Shown here: one piece after another, positions 61,866-64,000 of the stretch
How the letters are laid out: every line of letters starts with the position of its first letter
Numbering within the stretch: position 1 is the first letter of the stretch
NCBI RefSeq assembly: GCF_006345805.1
Contig: NW_021832120.1
Coordinates: forward strand, 124,001 to 188,000
Direction: 5' to 3'
From: Octopus sinensis
Taxonomy: Eukaryota
DNA length: 64,000 nucleotides
Program-made: the position numbers and the translations under genes
Notes under the pieces: model-generated
What the model was told of the DNA's origin: nothing
What the model saw: the letters and a program-made list of their open reading frames with translations, nothing else
Databases searched by the model: none

Positions 61866-62035
61866 TGTTCAAGAAATACTCTCCCGCTATGAAGGACTAT
61901 TTCGAAGCTGGGGGCCATCGTTTCCGTGGGCGACCAAGAAATACTCTCCCGGGTACGCTGGATAGAGACCTAAAGAGGTCTGGTAAAGAATTGAAGGACG
62001 GGGACGATCTCAATGCACTACGGGACGTCGCCTGT
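61866..62035 (+). pseudogene. RTE-like C-terminal fragment
   Basis: FRGRPRNTLPGTLDRDLK...DDLNALRDVA. Confidence 0.65.
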
Positions 62036-62690
62036 CGTCGCTCAGCCTTCTTAGCTGCAGATTTAGCCTCCAGAGCACACGAAGTCAAATGAGAAGCAGA
62101 AAAGGTGTCCCAGCAGGTTGCATCCCATACGAGGCCTTTTCCGCCTTCAGAAGGAGAGTAGAAGAAGAGTGCCAGAAGGAGAGTAGAATTTCCATGACAA
62201 GTGTGTGGCTCGCGGAGACGGACGAGAAAAGCAGGTAACGATAGGTCGGAACATAAGCGGATGCCGAGCCCTTCAAAAGATAATGGGATGGTTGCCTGTC
62301 TCCAACCCATATTGTCGAAGGGGGAATTGCATATGTTCTGAGTATAGGTGCGGATAAAGTGGTCAATGGAGGAAAGTCTCTCTGGAAAATCAAAACACGG
62401 AGAAGAGCTCCCGAAGCAGACGGGATAGTGTCGGAATCAAAGATAAGGGAAGATGGTTGGCCGAAACTGGGTCAAACGGCGCCCGGTCGGAGGGGTTTGG
62501 ACGCCATACAGGATAGCTTCGGACTGTGCCCAGGTATGAAGAACAATTCCAAGTGGAAATAGCGGACATTGCCTTCTTGGTCATTTTGGCACAGGACATG
62601 TGAGATGGATTCGAACAAGTTGCGCAGTAGATCCACCGCTTACGACTGTTCGAAGTGTTGCAAATGATATAAATTTTCATTAGATCACGA
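62035..62690 (-). mobile_element. skeleton of PHD-bearing CRE-like RLE retroelement (RT core deleted)
   Basis: PHD-like IC...WIYCATC...HMSCA...WNC, then ICN..FD..GWRQATIPLSFEGLGIR, REPHTC, and GLVWDATCWDTF in order, with gaps. Confidence 0.7.
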
Positions 62691-62699
62691 ACACCACGT

Positions 62700-64000
62700 C
62701 AACCAACCCAGCACGTTTGGATGCAGGATTGTAGCCGGACTTGGTCCCAAACAAATTGCTTATACTGATCCTCTGGGATTTCCAATCCTAGCGAGTGCCA
62801 CTTTAGGACCGCCTATGATATCTCAGAGGACACGTAATGTTCAAAATCGGTTGGGAGAACCGTGCCCATGAATTTCTGGCACGAAGAAAGTGACGACAGG
62901 TAGGCAGGCAGTGCGACATCATTCGAAGTCCAAGGCCTCCGTGGCGTACGGGGAGTGAAGCTTGAGTCCACCATAAAGAGTCGAACTCGACATTGCATAT
63001 TGATTCGATCTTCGAACGAAGAAAGTCGCCGAGATCAGTGAGAATGTCCTCATGTAGGTAACAAGATGCACTTCTGAGGGAGTAGAGTAATTTAGACAGG
63101 GCGAAGAAGTTTCTCGCAAGAAACAGGCCGACGTGGCTGTCCAAAAACGTGAGGCGGTCCAGCAAACCAGTTAGCGTGGAATGTTTAGTAAGAAGATCAC
63201 TCTTAATAGCGGTCGGCAGGATGGGGGATCCGAGGATCCGGAGATCATTTACATCAGTCGTGCGCACTTGGCCAAGACCAGTGCGGAGGGACGATGATAG
63301 GTCGTCAAGGCGTTTATCAGGAAGGTTGAGACTGACTAATTCGGATTTGGTGGGGTTATTTTCCAGTCCAATCCTCAGAAGTGCAGGTGCCAACGATAAA
63401 TCGTCTTTGAAAATCGTCTCTGGGGAGCCGCCAATAGTGGAATCGTCCAGATACCAAATATTCAGTTCGGAAGAAACCGACCGAGCTATTCCATTTATTC
63501 CCAAGGCAAAGAGAAGGGGACCTAGTGGATCGCCCTGTTGAACTCCCGTACTTGAAGGAATAATATTCGAACCGAATACTAGAGAGCTAGGTCTTCCATA
63601 TGACAAGAGCGCCAGGGGGTACAAAACTCCGAGTTGAACAAGTCCGAAAAATAGATCAGAAGAAACGAGCCTGCAAGCAAGCTTAGCAGCCAGCCTTCTG
63701 AAGACATTTCCGACAGCGATGGGGCGAACTCCACCATCGGTCTTCCTAAAGGCAGTGAGATTGGCAGAGAAGAATAAGTCACGTGCATACGGGATAAGGT
63801 CGCCGGAGAAAAACCGATTGCAAAGGGCTGTGATTGCCTTCACCAGGCGGGTTCTTGCCTCGCCTGTAACCGGGGACGTCAGGTCACGTAGGTGGTCAGG
63901 ACGAAGACCGTCCACGCCACCACTGCTGCTGAGGGGGAAACTCGCGATGCAGCTTAAGATCTCCGAGGGTGTAAAGGAATGTGTAGGGGTTCCAGAGAGG
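62700..64000 (-). mobile_element. CRE-like RLE non-LTR retrotransposon RT region (continues beyond window)
   Basis: DGLRPDHL, GGVRPIAVGNVFRRLAAK, GVQQGDPLGPLLF, WYLDD, QASLPVRHGGLGLR. Confidence 0.92.

Noticed and set aside
1-64000. CRISPR arrays, rRNA, prokaryotic operons or phage
   Set aside because: No regularly spaced repeat-spacer arrays or rRNA-like segments were seen; the genes are spliceosomal eukaryotic genes.

Overview
AT-rich eukaryotic (animal-like) genomic DNA. GC-richer, intron-dense host genes sit in tight co-oriented clusters separated by a heavy load of decayed transposons. Host genes recognised after removing very short GT-AG introns (21-28 nt): AMPK beta, LST8-like WD40, SLC17-type transporter, KDSR, tetraspanin, cathepsin D/E-like protease, multi-C-type-lectin receptor, NDUFAF3, CFAP99, MSMO1, BBS5, ceramide synthase, transportin-3, PTGES2 and two divergent dynein-light-chain-like genes. 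BBS5 and CFAP99 imply a ciliated organism; with the tiny introns this suggests a reduced animal such as a dicyemid (inference only). Mobile DNA includes Tc1, pogo/Tigger, hAT (Buster/Charlie-like), Ginger-like TGT...ACA elements with 5-bp TSDs, and non-LTR retroelements of CRE-like RLE, R4-like, RTE-like and Ingi/Vingi-like APE types. Top observations: (1) a full-length 3.27-kb Ingi/Vingi-like element with a 13-bp TSD whose first base is G1 of an HDV-like ribozyme fold, followed by a 2A-like peptide in front of the endonuclease; (2) a C/A-rich to G/T-rich skew switch inside host genes that introns also follow; (3) recurrent 10-24-nt templated duplications and one 5' inversion at TE junctions; (4) convergent TNPO3 and PTGES2 stop codons 1 bp apart; (5) operon-like gene spacing; (6) a catalytically degenerate RNase T2-like ORF. 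All gene models were spliced by eye, so boundaries are approximate and no database searches were run.
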